The position numbers and the translations under genes are program-made. From assembly GCA_027487075.1 (NCBI GenBank), contig JAIYEG010000010.1, positions 1-45,269 of the forward strand: a stretch of 45,269 nucleotides of DNA, in the 5' to 3' direction. Below the pieces are notes generated by a model, which was not told the DNA's origin, did no database searches, and saw only the letters and a list, made by a program, of their open reading frames with translations. The number at the start of each line of letters is the position of its first letter. Position 1 is the stretch's first letter. This stretch comes from a bacterium. Its GTDB lineage: Bacteria; Patescibacteriota; Minisyncoccia; Phycocordibacterales; CALRBL01. Shown piece after piece: positions 19,394 to 28,459 of the stretch.

Positions 19394-20269
19394 CTACTTA
19401 TTAGTACCTGACCAAGCAAGTTTCCTTTCTTCTGATTTTTGTTCTAGTTCTTTGATAATTTCACCAAGATCTTTCTCTTGTTCTGTCTCATTTTCACGAT
19501 ATCTAACAATGATTTTCCCATCCTTATTCTCAAATGTTGCAGACTCCAAAAAGTTTCTGGATCTACCATGTAAGTAGGTTTTTAAGTTCTCAGCAGATAT
19601 ATCTTTCCCCATAAGTGCAAGTACTGAAAAATCCGCAGTATTGTGTCCAACTTGAATATTCACGTACTCATGACCTGGGAAGTGACTTTCGGTTATTTCT
19701 CTCATACGCGCACTCAGTCTCAAATATCTTATAGCTTCTTCTTCAGGTGTACGCACAAAATCTGAAGGACGTATGCTGTCAGTATCAGTTTCAGGAAAAG
19801 CTTCATGAAGTTCGCCCTTAACTGATTCAAGCTCTTCTGGTTTTGCAACCCATGCAAGCATAGTGAAATACTCATTACCAGAGAATTTCTTGCCGTATTC
19901 TTTCCATGCAGGGACATAATCAGTGTCAGCCTTAAAACCGATTATAGACTGAGGTTGAACTTCTGTAACGACAAACTTTTTTGTAAAATTACTTTTAATT
20001 TCTGGTCTTTCTTTAAGTGTATTTATAGGAACAAATTCAACACTTGGATCTTCTGCACATAATTCTTGTAGCTCAGTTTCGATTTCGTTTCTAGTTTCAA
20101 CTGCTCTTCCGACATTTGATGGTGTCAGGTAGATAATTGACCCAAGAGGAGCGTTTTGAATTCTTTCATACAATTCAACAGCCTTCTCTCTTGCCTGTTC
20201 TCCACCTCTTTCTGATAGGGTTCCGTCTACATTCTTATCTCCGTGCCTAATTGTTTCAAAATTACCCAT
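19394..20269 (-). CDS. Histidine phosphatase superfamily protein
   Basis: IRHGD, LSERG..QA, S...RAVET and VGH motifs. Confidence 0.75.
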   Translation of the reverse strand: MGNFETIRHGDKNVDGTLSERGGEQAREKAVELYERIQNAPLGSIIYLTPSNVGRAVETRNEIETELQELCAEDPSVEFVPINTLKERPEIKSNFTKKFVVTEVQPQSIIGFKADTDYVPAWKEYGKKFSGNEYFTMLAWVAKPEELESVKGELHEAFPETDTDSIRPSDFVRTPEEEAIRYLRLSARMREITESHFPGHEYVNIQVGHNTADFSVLALMGKDISAENLKTYLHGRSRNFLESATFENKDGKIIVRYRENETEQEKDLGEIIKELEQKSEERKLAWSGTNK

Positions 20270-20270
20270 T

Positions 20271-21239
20271 CTATTTATTAGTTAAGGTTGTTATTGGCCT
20301 ACTTTGTGTAATATAAAATTTTCCTTTTTCAAAAGCCCATTCAATATCACAAGGAAAACCATAATGATTCTCAATCTTCAAGACAAGCTCAGATAATTCC
20401 AATATTTGATCTGTGGCCAAAACTTGTGATGAAGCTCGTGGCTCAGGAATATCTTTCCATTCTGTATTTCCATTTTCGTCTCTATATAAAGCTTTAACTT
20501 GAGTGTTAGTTGTGATATCAATTATATTTCTCGCATTCTTTTCGACGACATATGAATCAGGTGTTATCTCTCCTGATACAATTGCTTCTCCTAGACCAAA
20601 CCCCGCTTCGATAATAAGTTGATTTCTATCTTCAGATACAGGGTGTACTGAAAAAGCAATGCCTGATATTTCTGAATCAACCATCTTTTGCACCACAACA
20701 GCCACTGAGATGTGTGTTTTATGTAATCCTTTTTCAAACCTGTAGAATATTGCACGAGGAGTGAAAAGTGATGCCCAACAGTGTTTTACTTTTTCTAATA
20801 CATCATTTTTTGTAGTATTCAAATAACTATTGAGTTGTCCTGCCCATGCATGATCAACCCCATCTTCAGCGGTGGCAGAAGATCTGACTGCCACATACTC
20901 GGTATCAAGTTCGATAAAGGATGTTTCAATTTCTTTCTTAATATCTTCTAATATTTCGGCATTAAGAATGAGACCTTGAATTTTTTCAGAAGCCGCCTCA
21001 ATTGTATGAATTTCCTGATGATTTACCGAATCTAAAATAGCATCGATTTCATCAATCAGGTGACTTTCTTTTAGGAAGTAATCGAATGATGTAGAGAGGA
21101 TAACAAAACCAGAAGGAACAGGAATTCCAGCATTTGTCATTTCGCCAAGGGAAGCACCTTTGCCTCCAGCGATATCAGCATTATTTTTATTTAATTGTCT
21201 AAAATTACGAGTTAACTCCATATAATACAATTTTATCAT
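20271..21239 (-). CDS. Stand-alone PEP synthase/PPDK N-terminal ATP-binding domain
   Basis: AGGKGASLGEM, VAVRSSATAED, AGQ..SYLN, VVVQKMV, GLGEAIVSG, DIEWA, QSRPITT; the ORF ends at the domain boundary. Confidence 0.92.
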   Translation of the reverse strand: MIKLYYMELTRNFRQLNKNNADIAGGKGASLGEMTNAGIPVPSGFVILSTSFDYFLKESHLIDEIDAILDSVNHQEIHTIEAASEKIQGLILNAEILEDIKKEIETSFIELDTEYVAVRSSATAEDGVDHAWAGQLNSYLNTTKNDVLEKVKHCWASLFTPRAIFYRFEKGLHKTHISVAVVVQKMVDSEISGIAFSVHPVSEDRNQLIIEAGFGLGEAIVSGEITPDSYVVEKNARNIIDITTNTQVKALYRDENGNTEWKDIPEPRASSQVLATDQILELSELVLKIENHYGFPCDIEWAFEKGKFYITQSRPITTLTNK

Positions 21240-21310
21240 AAAACCACTCTCAATAAGTATCCCAAAGTTTCAAAACAGGAAATTTATACTTAGGCAACTA
21301 TTATAGATTT

Positions 21311-21372
21311 TGACAGGTCTCGGTACCACGAACCTGTGACATGACTGCTGGCCTCATCGGGTTCGGAACTTT
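21311..21372. repeat. Degenerate third copy of the island junction motif
   Basis: TGAC-agg-TCTCGG-tacca-CGAACCTG; GAACCT-11 nt-GCTG...AACTTT has the same spacing as at 31388 and 34939. Confidence 0.4.
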
Positions 21373-21440
21373 CTCCATCAAGCCCAGTAAGGGTTTCCAG
21401 AGATACTTGAGTATATCATTTTGACGTTCCTCGGAATGAG

Positions 21441-21785
21441 CTATTTCTTCAAAAAAGACCTTAAGGCTTTCTTCCAACCTAGCTTATGTATCTCCTGAAG
21501 AATCATCCATACTTCCCCTAAAAAATAAGCCCCCACCATTCCAACGAGAGACAATGTGAATCCTGCGTTAAAAGGATTTTCAAATAAGTTACCTGGGAGA
21601 TGAGCAACTTTTACGAGAAGATTCCAAAAACTAATAAGAACAATTCCCCAGAACGCACTAAAACCAATATATTCAAACTCACTGATAGACTTTTCAGATT
21701 TTGTCTTCTTTCTAAAGATCCAGACGCTCATAAAGCCGGCAAGTAGAACGTAGAAGTAAATATAGAAACTTTCAGTAGGTAACAT
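21441..21785 (-). CDS. Small 3-TM membrane protein (possibly DUF6338-like)
   Basis: Hydrophobic segments (YVLLAGF...EFEYIGFSAFWG); own TGgTATACT box 6 nt before the ATG. Confidence 0.6.
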   Translation of the reverse strand: MLPTESFYIYFYVLLAGFMSVWIFRKKTKSEKSISEFEYIGFSAFWGIVLISFWNLLVKVAHLPGNLFENPFNAGFTLSLVGMVGAYFLGEVWMILQEIHKLGWKKALRSFLKK

Positions 21786-21845
21786 TAGTCAAGTATACCA
21801 TTCGAGAAATAAGGGAAAAGCGACAAATGCGACACTGGTCAGTAT

Positions 21846-22334
21846 TTACTCTTTATCGGGATCCTCCTTACGTTCCGCTAACTTTTTTACTGCTTTTCTG
21901 TAAGCCCATTCTTGTGTTGGAGGTGTCAGTAAGACCAATTGATTATAATATTCAGAAATAGCTTTAACTTCTTTTAATAATTCACTTTCACTATAAAATG
22001 AAGCATACGAACAGTGAAGAGACCTAGCTCGATGTTTAATTACCGTAAAACTCTTTGCGGAGTTCAGGTTTTCATAGTACGACTTATGAGGACTAACGAT
22101 ACTACTTGTCGCCGTTATTACAGCAGACACTACAGTTACCCATCCCCACCAAGCAGGTATTACCTCACCAACAACAAGAAGTCCCGAAAGCGATGCTATC
22201 ACCGCTGGTAAAACTTCAAACCAAAATGCCATAGTTTGACTTCGAGACGCAAGAATATGATGAGCTTCGGCCGTGTGTCGCGCGTTATCTTCTATTGTCT
22301 GACATTCTCTTTTAAGATGATCTATATTATTCAT
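21846..22334 (-). CDS. SLATT-domain 2-TM effector (CBASS-type)
   Basis: Helical N-terminus (HTAEAHHILA), two TM helices and a helical C-terminus; overlaps the cyclase stop. Confidence 0.8.
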   Translation of the reverse strand: MNNIDHLKRECQTIEDNARHTAEAHHILASRSQTMAFWFEVLPAVIASLSGLLVVGEVIPAWWGWVTVVSAVITATSSIVSPHKSYYENLNSAKSFTVIKHRARSLHCSYASFYSESELLKEVKAISEYYNQLVLLTPPTQEWAYRKAVKKLAERKEDPDKE

Positions 22335-23682
22335 AATTTGCTCCGATTGGTACCAGTATTCTTCCTACTGCGACACACACACTATCCTTAACAATATAAC
22401 ATTCGACGTAATGCTCCCCATGATACAACGTACTCTCAGTCTTTGCATGCCTACCGTAATCAGGGGTAATTTCACCTCTTAGACCACCTGCCCTTTGAGC
22501 GTCTTCACCAAAATTTCTCACTTTCCAAAAAACGGAGTAAGGAGTAGGCACATTTGTTTCTCTTATTTTAAATTCAAGAGACTTACCCTTAAATAAAATG
22601 AACGAGGAAAGAGGATGTGCCAAAAAATCACCTAACCAGCCAGCACGAAATCCATTCGGAGTAACCAGTGCATCTATGGATAAAGTATGCTGCATATCTC
22701 GCTTAATCTGTATTCCACGATCAGTAATGAACTCCTCATCGCTTGAGGGATATGCTTGCGAGAGCTGCAATATCTTGGTTTCAAGAGTATCAACAAAGAT
22801 CTTGTCTTGAGCGATCAAAAAATCACCACCAAAGATCTTCTGCCATTCCAGTGATGCATCACGCATCTGATCACTTGATTCGTATTCGATTGCCTTTTCT
22901 GCCCTGTTGTATGCACTCTCGGTTTTCGAAAACCATTCTTCACCAAGACTCACAAAAGTATTGTAACCTATAGAAAAGACCGAGGAATTTCTTTTTGTCT
23001 TAAGAAACTCAAAGAATCCCAACATGAGTTCAGGGTAGAGTATATTCACCTGATTATTGAACTTCTGCTTAAGGTATTCAACAACTAGTATTTCAAGAAC
23101 GTAAGATTTGATAGGAACATTGCAATTTCTGATCCAAGACTTGAGCATCCTTATCAATGACTTGGTTCTATCTGTTTCAACACTTGAGTCTTTGACGTGC
23201 TTAATCTCTGCTAGAGGATCCCATATATGCCAAGAACCACCATTTTCAGTATCTGGTATTCGGAAAGTCTTTGCTTCGGTCTGCCAAGCCGGTAGAAGTT
23301 CAACCGTGTGTGATCCCTCGGAAAAACTTATAACTATCACCTTACCCCACGCACTGATCTTTTCGGTGGTAACAAACTTCTCTTTCAAAACTTCGCGTAT
23401 ATCTTGGAGCAGCTGAGACTGCTTATTTCCAGACAAGGAATTGTAACGATCGAACTCTTCATCAGGCATTCTAAAAATCACATCAATGTCCTTTGGCGGT
23501 CTGATATGAGTATGCTTACCATAAGAACCGATAAGTAATTTCGTGCTGCCGTCATACGACTGATTGGGATAATACTTCGAGTGCAATTTTTCGCACACGC
23601 TTTTTATCTTCGTCTTAGCGTCCTCTTTCTGAAGATCTGTAAGCTTAATCTTTTCGAGGAATGTCTTGAAGCTGGAGTCCAT
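22327..23682 (-). CDS. SMODS/CD-NTase cyclic oligonucleotide synthase with a C-terminal AGS-C domain
   Basis: GSYGKHTHIRPPKDIDV and VELLPAW (pol-beta NTase catalytic motifs); LIRMLKSW; WQKIFG; C-terminal FWKVRNFG..A....LRGEI...ESTLYHGEHYVECYIVKD (AGS-C). Confidence 0.9.
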   Translation of the reverse strand: MDSSFKTFLEKIKLTDLQKEDAKTKIKSVCEKLHSKYYPNQSYDGSTKLLIGSYGKHTHIRPPKDIDVIFRMPDEEFDRYNSLSGNKQSQLLQDIREVLKEKFVTTEKISAWGKVIVISFSEGSHTVELLPAWQTEAKTFRIPDTENGGSWHIWDPLAEIKHVKDSSVETDRTKSLIRMLKSWIRNCNVPIKSYVLEILVVEYLKQKFNNQVNILYPELMLGFFEFLKTKRNSSVFSIGYNTFVSLGEEWFSKTESAYNRAEKAIEYESSDQMRDASLEWQKIFGGDFLIAQDKIFVDTLETKILQLSQAYPSSDEEFITDRGIQIKRDMQHTLSIDALVTPNGFRAGWLGDFLAHPLSSFILFKGKSLEFKIRETNVPTPYSVFWKVRNFGEDAQRAGGLRGEITPDYGRHAKTESTLYHGEHYVECYIVKDSVCVAVGRILVPIGANYE

Positions 23683-23700
23683 AAAATCGATAGCTTAGAC

Positions 23701-23982
23701 CTATATGTTAGCGTTCATCCACTTAGTAACATCGGCATTAATACCGTAAGTACCCCAGTCATCTCCCGATACATCCATTACGAGTAGTTCGTCGTTACTG
23801 TCGATAAATTTATTCAAATGATCACGTACTGTAGCAGCACTACCTGTAGTTACGACAAGCCAAGTGGATTCAAGAGGCTTCGCCCAAGTACCAAGTTCTT
23901 TTATTTCTTTAATCAATCGGAGATACTCTGATGATGTTTCTCCTTTGTTCAAGTCATATGCGATTAAAAAAGTTTTGTTCAT
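23701..23982 (-). CDS. Small Cas2/VapD-like ferredoxin-fold protein
   Basis: FLIAYDL N-terminal strand with conserved Asp, ESTWLV and D.LLV; 93 aa. Confidence 0.65.
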   Translation of the reverse strand: MNKTFLIAYDLNKGETSSEYLRLIKEIKELGTWAKPLESTWLVVTTGSAATVRDHLNKFIDSNDELLVMDVSGDDWGTYGINADVTKWMNANI

Positions 23983-23988
23983 AAATAA

Positions 23989-24615
23989 TTAAGTTAAGTC
24001 TGGCAATGTTGCAACAATGACACCCTGTATAGAAAAGTTGTCAGACACGATGATCGGCTTATGTTCCTTATTGCTTGATCGTGGCTTGAGAACGACGAAG
24101 CCGTTCTCCTTAGTAAACTCTTTTACAGTAGCGGCATCATCAATTAAGGCGACAACTTTTTCGCCATTGCTTGCGTGATTCTGCTGTCGAACCAAAAGGA
24201 TGTCTCCGTCTTGGATTCCCGCTTGGTTCATAGAATCACCACTAGCCCTAAGCAAAAAATATCCGTTACCTGAGGAAACGATCGAACGGGAAACAGGAAT
24301 ATACGCCTCGACATTTTCTTCGGCCAGAATCGGCGAACCGCAAGAAACAAGACCCACGAGTGGCACCTCTACTGTGCGGGCATGATCTTCCTGCTCTTCT
24401 AGATCTTTCCTTACCTGAAGATCACCTTGGCTGTTACGCTGAATCCAACCCCTATTAATAAGGCTGTTGAGTAAAAGCAAAGCAGATCTTGGTGATTTAT
24501 ATCCGAGCTCGTCACGCAAATCTCTTACAGAGGGAGAAAATCCCTCGTGAACAATTGCGTTGCGAATGAAGCGAAATGCCTCTAACTCCTTCTCTTTTAG
24601 CTCTTTTTGACTCAT
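23989..24615 (-). CDS. lexA: LexA-family repressor (wHTH + S24 autoprotease)
   Basis: GFSPSVRDL...GYKSPRS, VPLVGLVSCGSP (Cys-Gly cleavage site), GDSM (Ser), TVK (Lys) and IQGVIV. Confidence 0.88.
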   Translation of the reverse strand: MSQKELKEKELEAFRFIRNAIVHEGFSPSVRDLRDELGYKSPRSALLLLNSLINRGWIQRNSQGDLQVRKDLEEQEDHARTVEVPLVGLVSCGSPILAEENVEAYIPVSRSIVSSGNGYFLLRASGDSMNQAGIQDGDILLVRQQNHASNGEKVVALIDDAATVKEFTKENGFVVLKPRSSNKEHKPIIVSDNFSIQGVIVATLPDLT

Positions 24616-24624
24616 TGTATGCTA

Positions 24625-24655
24625 AGTGTATCATACTGTTTACTTTTTTGCAAAC
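24625..24655 (-). promoter_or_regulatory. lexA promoter with an overlapping imperfect palindrome (candidate operator)
   Basis: Minus strand TTGCAA-17-TACACT with extended TG; GTTTAC-N6-GCAAAC (24638-24655) covers the -35 box. Confidence 0.55.
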
Positions 24656-24660
24656 TACTT

Positions 24661-25716
24661 TTATCGTCCAAACATTTCCTTGTAATCTGCATTGGTATGT
24701 TTCTTAAGAAAATCCTTCAAACTGACGAGTTCTTTTTCGGTTAGAGACTCATTTACGTCATCGTCTTTGTTCCAAGGAACCACACCAAGCTCTTTCTTAC
24801 TCTTACTCGGGTCTTTCTTCCATTCCTCTAACACCCTTTTCACCTTTGCGCACTCACCTGAAAGGTAGTCGTCATATTGCTTTCTCAGACTATTTGCTTC
24901 TACTTGCACACGAAGATAATTGGTAGGTATCTCGTTTTTCTCAAGCAAATTTTCGTATGCATATCTCTCTTGGTCTTTTGTGGCAAAAGGTAAACGGCGA
25001 ATGTGATTGGTGTCATACCCCAGAGGATCGAGAAACATGTACTGATGGTATTCAAGTTCGCTCTCGTCAGTAAAGTTATCCATCTTGCGTGCGGTACCCT
25101 GATCTATATGTCGCTCCATCGACATGAGCATAAGTTCTTCAAATGTCTTCCCTTTGGAGTGCTCCCATATCTCCGCCATGAGCTGCACTCGCATCCAAAT
25201 GAAGTCCTTATACTTTTCCCCTGGACCCCATAGCAAATCCCATGCTTGCTTCCGAAGGTTTTCATCGTCGCCGGTGATCGCCTTCTGGATCATTTTGTAA
25301 ATGTCGTTGTATGACATCGCATGGAACTTCTTTATCTGCATCCTTTCTTCTTCGGTAGATTCTCTTATACGCTGAGTCAGAGAAGCGGCGCTTTCAAAGA
25401 TCTTCCTGTTCTTCTCCATTTTTTCCTCGGTCTCTGCTTTGCGAGAAAAGACTGAGTTCACCGATTCAGCTACATAGAGAGCGGTGTCAGGTAAAACATC
25501 TTTTATTCCCCGAGCTTCATATTCATAAGCGCAGATTACAATATCGGGTTTTTCAATGATTCCTCTTTCTTTGCATTCAGCGAGAGTGCAAGAAATCACC
25601 TCACCTAGATCGTAGGTTTTAAGCAGATCATCATAATATTCTTTCCTCTTCAACTGTGATGGCGTTTCTTTCGTGATGCTAGGCATGAAATCCACCAAAA
25701 AAGTTTTTGGGTTCAT
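24661..25716 (-). CDS. Hypothetical charged helical protein
   Basis: 351-aa ORF, 7 nt from the upstream gene; no family recognised. Confidence 0.7.
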   Translation of the reverse strand: MNPKTFLVDFMPSITKETPSQLKRKEYYDDLLKTYDLGEVISCTLAECKERGIIEKPDIVICAYEYEARGIKDVLPDTALYVAESVNSVFSRKAETEEKMEKNRKIFESAASLTQRIRESTEEERMQIKKFHAMSYNDIYKMIQKAITGDDENLRKQAWDLLWGPGEKYKDFIWMRVQLMAEIWEHSKGKTFEELMLMSMERHIDQGTARKMDNFTDESELEYHQYMFLDPLGYDTNHIRRLPFATKDQERYAYENLLEKNEIPTNYLRVQVEANSLRKQYDDYLSGECAKVKRVLEEWKKDPSKSKKELGVVPWNKDDDVNESLTEKELVSLKDFLKKHTNADYKEMFGR

Positions 25717-25723
25717 GGCCTAC

Positions 25724-26209
25724 CTACCGATCACTCTGCTGAACCCCCGTCACCACACCGCCATCAAAGTAGACATAATCATCTCCATAGATCCACTGTT
25801 CGTGGGCAACATTTGCGGTGGTGGTCTTATTTACCCTTTCTGGGTTTCCAATCGACAGCTTCACCTGCTCTTTTGTCATTCCAAGAGCAATTTCCTTATT
25901 TACAACACGATCACACATCGTCTTACTCCAATCCACATGGCTGGCACACAACTTGCCTGCTGGTGAAGCTTTCCATGCAATAGCATCTGCTTCCGCTTGT
26001 TCAGCTTGTGCCTTTTCCGATGCCGCTTGTTTTTCCGCTACTCGCTTTTCAGCATCTATTAAGGCTTGTGACTTAGGAGCTTCAACTGCTTTTTCATCCG
26101 GAACCAAGATATTCAAAATACCACCCAAAAGAAAAAATCCAACTACACCGACCAACACCACTTTACCGAGAGTCCATTTGCGGACTACTTTTTGATTTGA
26201 ATTATTCAT
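25724..26209 (-). CDS. Single-TM exported protein with a BamE/SmpA-like C-terminal domain
   Basis: N-terminal TM segment, Ala/Glu linker, and IALGMTKEQV..SIGNP...EQWIY...YVYFDGGVV. Confidence 0.65.
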   Translation of the reverse strand: MNNSNQKVVRKWTLGKVVLVGVVGFFLLGGILNILVPDEKAVEAPKSQALIDAEKRVAEKQAASEKAQAEQAEADAIAWKASPAGKLCASHVDWSKTMCDRVVNKEIALGMTKEQVKLSIGNPERVNKTTTANVAHEQWIYGDDYVYFDGGVVTGVQQSDR

Positions 26210-26213
26210 TTTT

Positions 26214-26350
26214 TTGTAGCGAGTTTCTAATAATTGGCAGACAAAAAGCCCTCCGCCAAGGCGATGGTCCGAAGACCACCCATAGCCGTTTCCAGCTATG
26301 ACTCGCTACAAGCACACCTGACGAAGGGTTCTTTATCTTGTAGCGAGTTT
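26214..26350 (-). ncRNA. Structured leader/antisense RNA resembling phage C4/CI immunity RNAs
   Basis: 13-nt direct repeats (26214-26226, 26338-26350) with their complement (26301-26312) inside a multibranch structure that has GAAA and UUCG tetraloop hairpins. Confidence 0.6.
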
Positions 26351-26669
26351 TATTGACCATATCCTTCAAGACAAGCTTGAGGGGGTTAGGTCCACATATT
26401 CAGTTGTACGGTACATAATAGCAAAAAACGCTATCATTTGGCACCCTATCGCATTTCAGGGGTTCCGCGAAGCCTTGTTGCCAACAGGGCTTGCATGAAG
26501 CACCCCAGAGGGTATAAAATACAACCAACCTAAATTGTCTACCTATAAGGCTCTGTAACTGTTCGGAAAGAAATTGGTCGATTATCTAAATTTCTTTTCC
26601 TTCAAACAGAGCTTTTCTCTTGTCTACCAAAACAGCACCTAAATGGATTAGTCATTAACTAAATCCACA

Positions 26670-27965
26670 ATGAAAAAACTTTCATGGTGCACCGAACAGC
26701 GAGTAGTGAAAGACCTGCTCCCTTTCAAGCACAACCCTAGAAAGATGTCAGAGAAACAGATCTCTGATCTCAAGAAATCTATTAACAAGTTTGATTTGGT
26801 AGAAATTCCTGCGATTGATCGTGACAACAGGATCATTGCTGGTCATCAGCGTCTGGCGGTCATGCAACTCATCGGACGAGGCGAAGAAACAATTGATGTA
26901 CGTGTGCCGAACCGCAATCTTACCGAAACAGAATACAAACAGTATCTAGTAACCAGCAACAAAGTACATGGCGATTGGGATGAGAATATAATCTACGAAT
27001 ATTTCGAGACTGATCTGCTCCTTGAGTCTGGCTTCGACATAGAAGAAGTCACCAACCTTTTTTCTGAACTTCTCGAAACCGAGGATGATGAGTTCGATAT
27101 AGATACAGAGATTAAGAAGATACAGAAGCCGAAGTCGAAACTTGGTGACTTGTACCAACTCGGTCCACATAGACTTCTTTGTGGAGATTCAACTAATCCT
27201 GAGACAGTAAAAAAGGTTGTCGGAAAAAGTCGGATAGATATGATCTATTGCGACCCTATCTACAATATCAATCTCTCCTACGCGAAAGGTATTGGCGGAA
27301 CAAAGAATTACGGAGGTTCTGCAAATGATACAAAGACTGAAATAGAGTACGAGACATTCCTCACCAAGACGATCGAGAATGCTCTAGCGGTATCGAATAA
27401 GGACACGCATGTTTTCTACTACTGCGACGAAACCTATGTTCCCCTTATCGCAAACATATATGCGAAGTTGGGTATCAAGTTCCGACGTATCTGCATATGG
27501 CTCAAGGGTATCGCAAATCCGACCCCACAAATTGCTTTCTCGAAGGTATATGAGCCGTGTGTATACGGGACCAGAGGAAAACCATACCTTTCACCCAACC
27601 ATCACAACTTCGATGAAGTAATGAATAAGGACATCGGCACAGGCAATCAGATGATTGAAAACTTCATGGACATGTTCGACGTGTGGGCCGTACAAAGACT
27701 TGCTGGAAATAAGTATGAACATCCGACACAAAAGCCTGTAACCCTTCACGACAAGCCTATCCGAAGATGTACCAAGGTTGGTGACAATATCCTGTCTCTG
27801 TTTGGCGGTAGCGGTGGCGAGCTTCTTGCGTCCCATCAGCTCAAACGCAATTGCTTCATGGTCGAGATGGATCCCGTTTTTGTCGATCTTATCATCATGC
27901 GCTATGAGCATTTCACTGGTGGCAAAGCGACGCTAATCAGCAACGGACATGAGAAAGAACGATAG
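26670..27965 (+). CDS. ParB-like N-terminal domain + N4/N6 DNA methyltransferase (phage-type)
   Basis: NPRK, IIAGHQR (ParBc); GPHRLLCGDST, DPIYN, HPTQKP, LFGGSG and EMDPVFVDLII.R. Confidence 0.85.
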   Translation: MKKLSWCTEQRVVKDLLPFKHNPRKMSEKQISDLKKSINKFDLVEIPAIDRDNRIIAGHQRLAVMQLIGRGEETIDVRVPNRNLTETEYKQYLVTSNKVHGDWDENIIYEYFETDLLLESGFDIEEVTNLFSELLETEDDEFDIDTEIKKIQKPKSKLGDLYQLGPHRLLCGDSTNPETVKKVVGKSRIDMIYCDPIYNINLSYAKGIGGTKNYGGSANDTKTEIEYETFLTKTIENALAVSNKDTHVFYYCDETYVPLIANIYAKLGIKFRRICIWLKGIANPTPQIAFSKVYEPCVYGTRGKPYLSPNHHNFDEVMNKDIGTGNQMIENFMDMFDVWAVQRLAGNKYEHPTQKPVTLHDKPIRRCTKVGDNILSLFGGSGGELLASHQLKRNCFMVEMDPVFVDLIIMRYEHFTGGKATLISNGHEKER

Positions 27966-28407
27966 AAAAGCCATATTGGATGCTTTGGAAGAAATTCCCT
28001 TCATAGACAGGGCTTGCAGGAAAATAGGAATACATCGGTCAACATTCTATCGGTGGCAAGAATCAGACCCAGAATTTCGAAAGAAAACAAACAAGGCACT
28101 TGCCCTTGGAAGAGAAAGCCTGTGCGAACTTGCTGAATCAATGCTGGTCAAAAAGATCAAGGATGGAGAAACCAATGCTATTAAATTCTGCTTGCAGAAT
28201 AACAGCCCGATCTACACACCGAAAAGAACGGTCTTTGTGTTGCCAGAAAAGAAGGACACCTACAGTCCCGAAAAAGGATGCGACACGTGTGGCCTCAAAC
28301 CTCTCTCAAAAGAGGTGGGTGACAAGCTTCGAAAGAATATCGAGGTATTCTTCGGCAAGGCAGTTCCCGAAAAGGAATACGACCCGACAGACGAGTTGGG
28401 TGTGTAG
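27949..28407 (+). CDS. HTH protein, terminase-small-subunit-like
   Basis: ACRKIGIHRSTFYRWQESDPEF and AESML...G...AIKF.L. Confidence 0.7.
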   Translation: MRKNDRKAILDALEEIPFIDRACRKIGIHRSTFYRWQESDPEFRKKTNKALALGRESLCELAESMLVKKIKDGETNAIKFCLQNNSPIYTPKRTVFVLPEKKDTYSPEKGCDTCGLKPLSKEVGDKLRKNIEVFFGKAVPEKEYDPTDELGV

Positions 28408-28459
28408 GCATTAATCACCTCCTTGACTTCCCCACCCCATCCGTCATCAATGGGTATAA

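Noticed and set aside
21301-21378. 25-aa minus-strand ORF MEKVPNPMRPAVMSQVRGTETCQNL
   Set aside because: Short, no clear RBS, and it coincides with the putative junction motif.
23701-23982. Cas2-like gene as evidence of CRISPR-Cas
   Set aside because: No cas1 or other cas genes and no repeat-spacer array were seen in the window.
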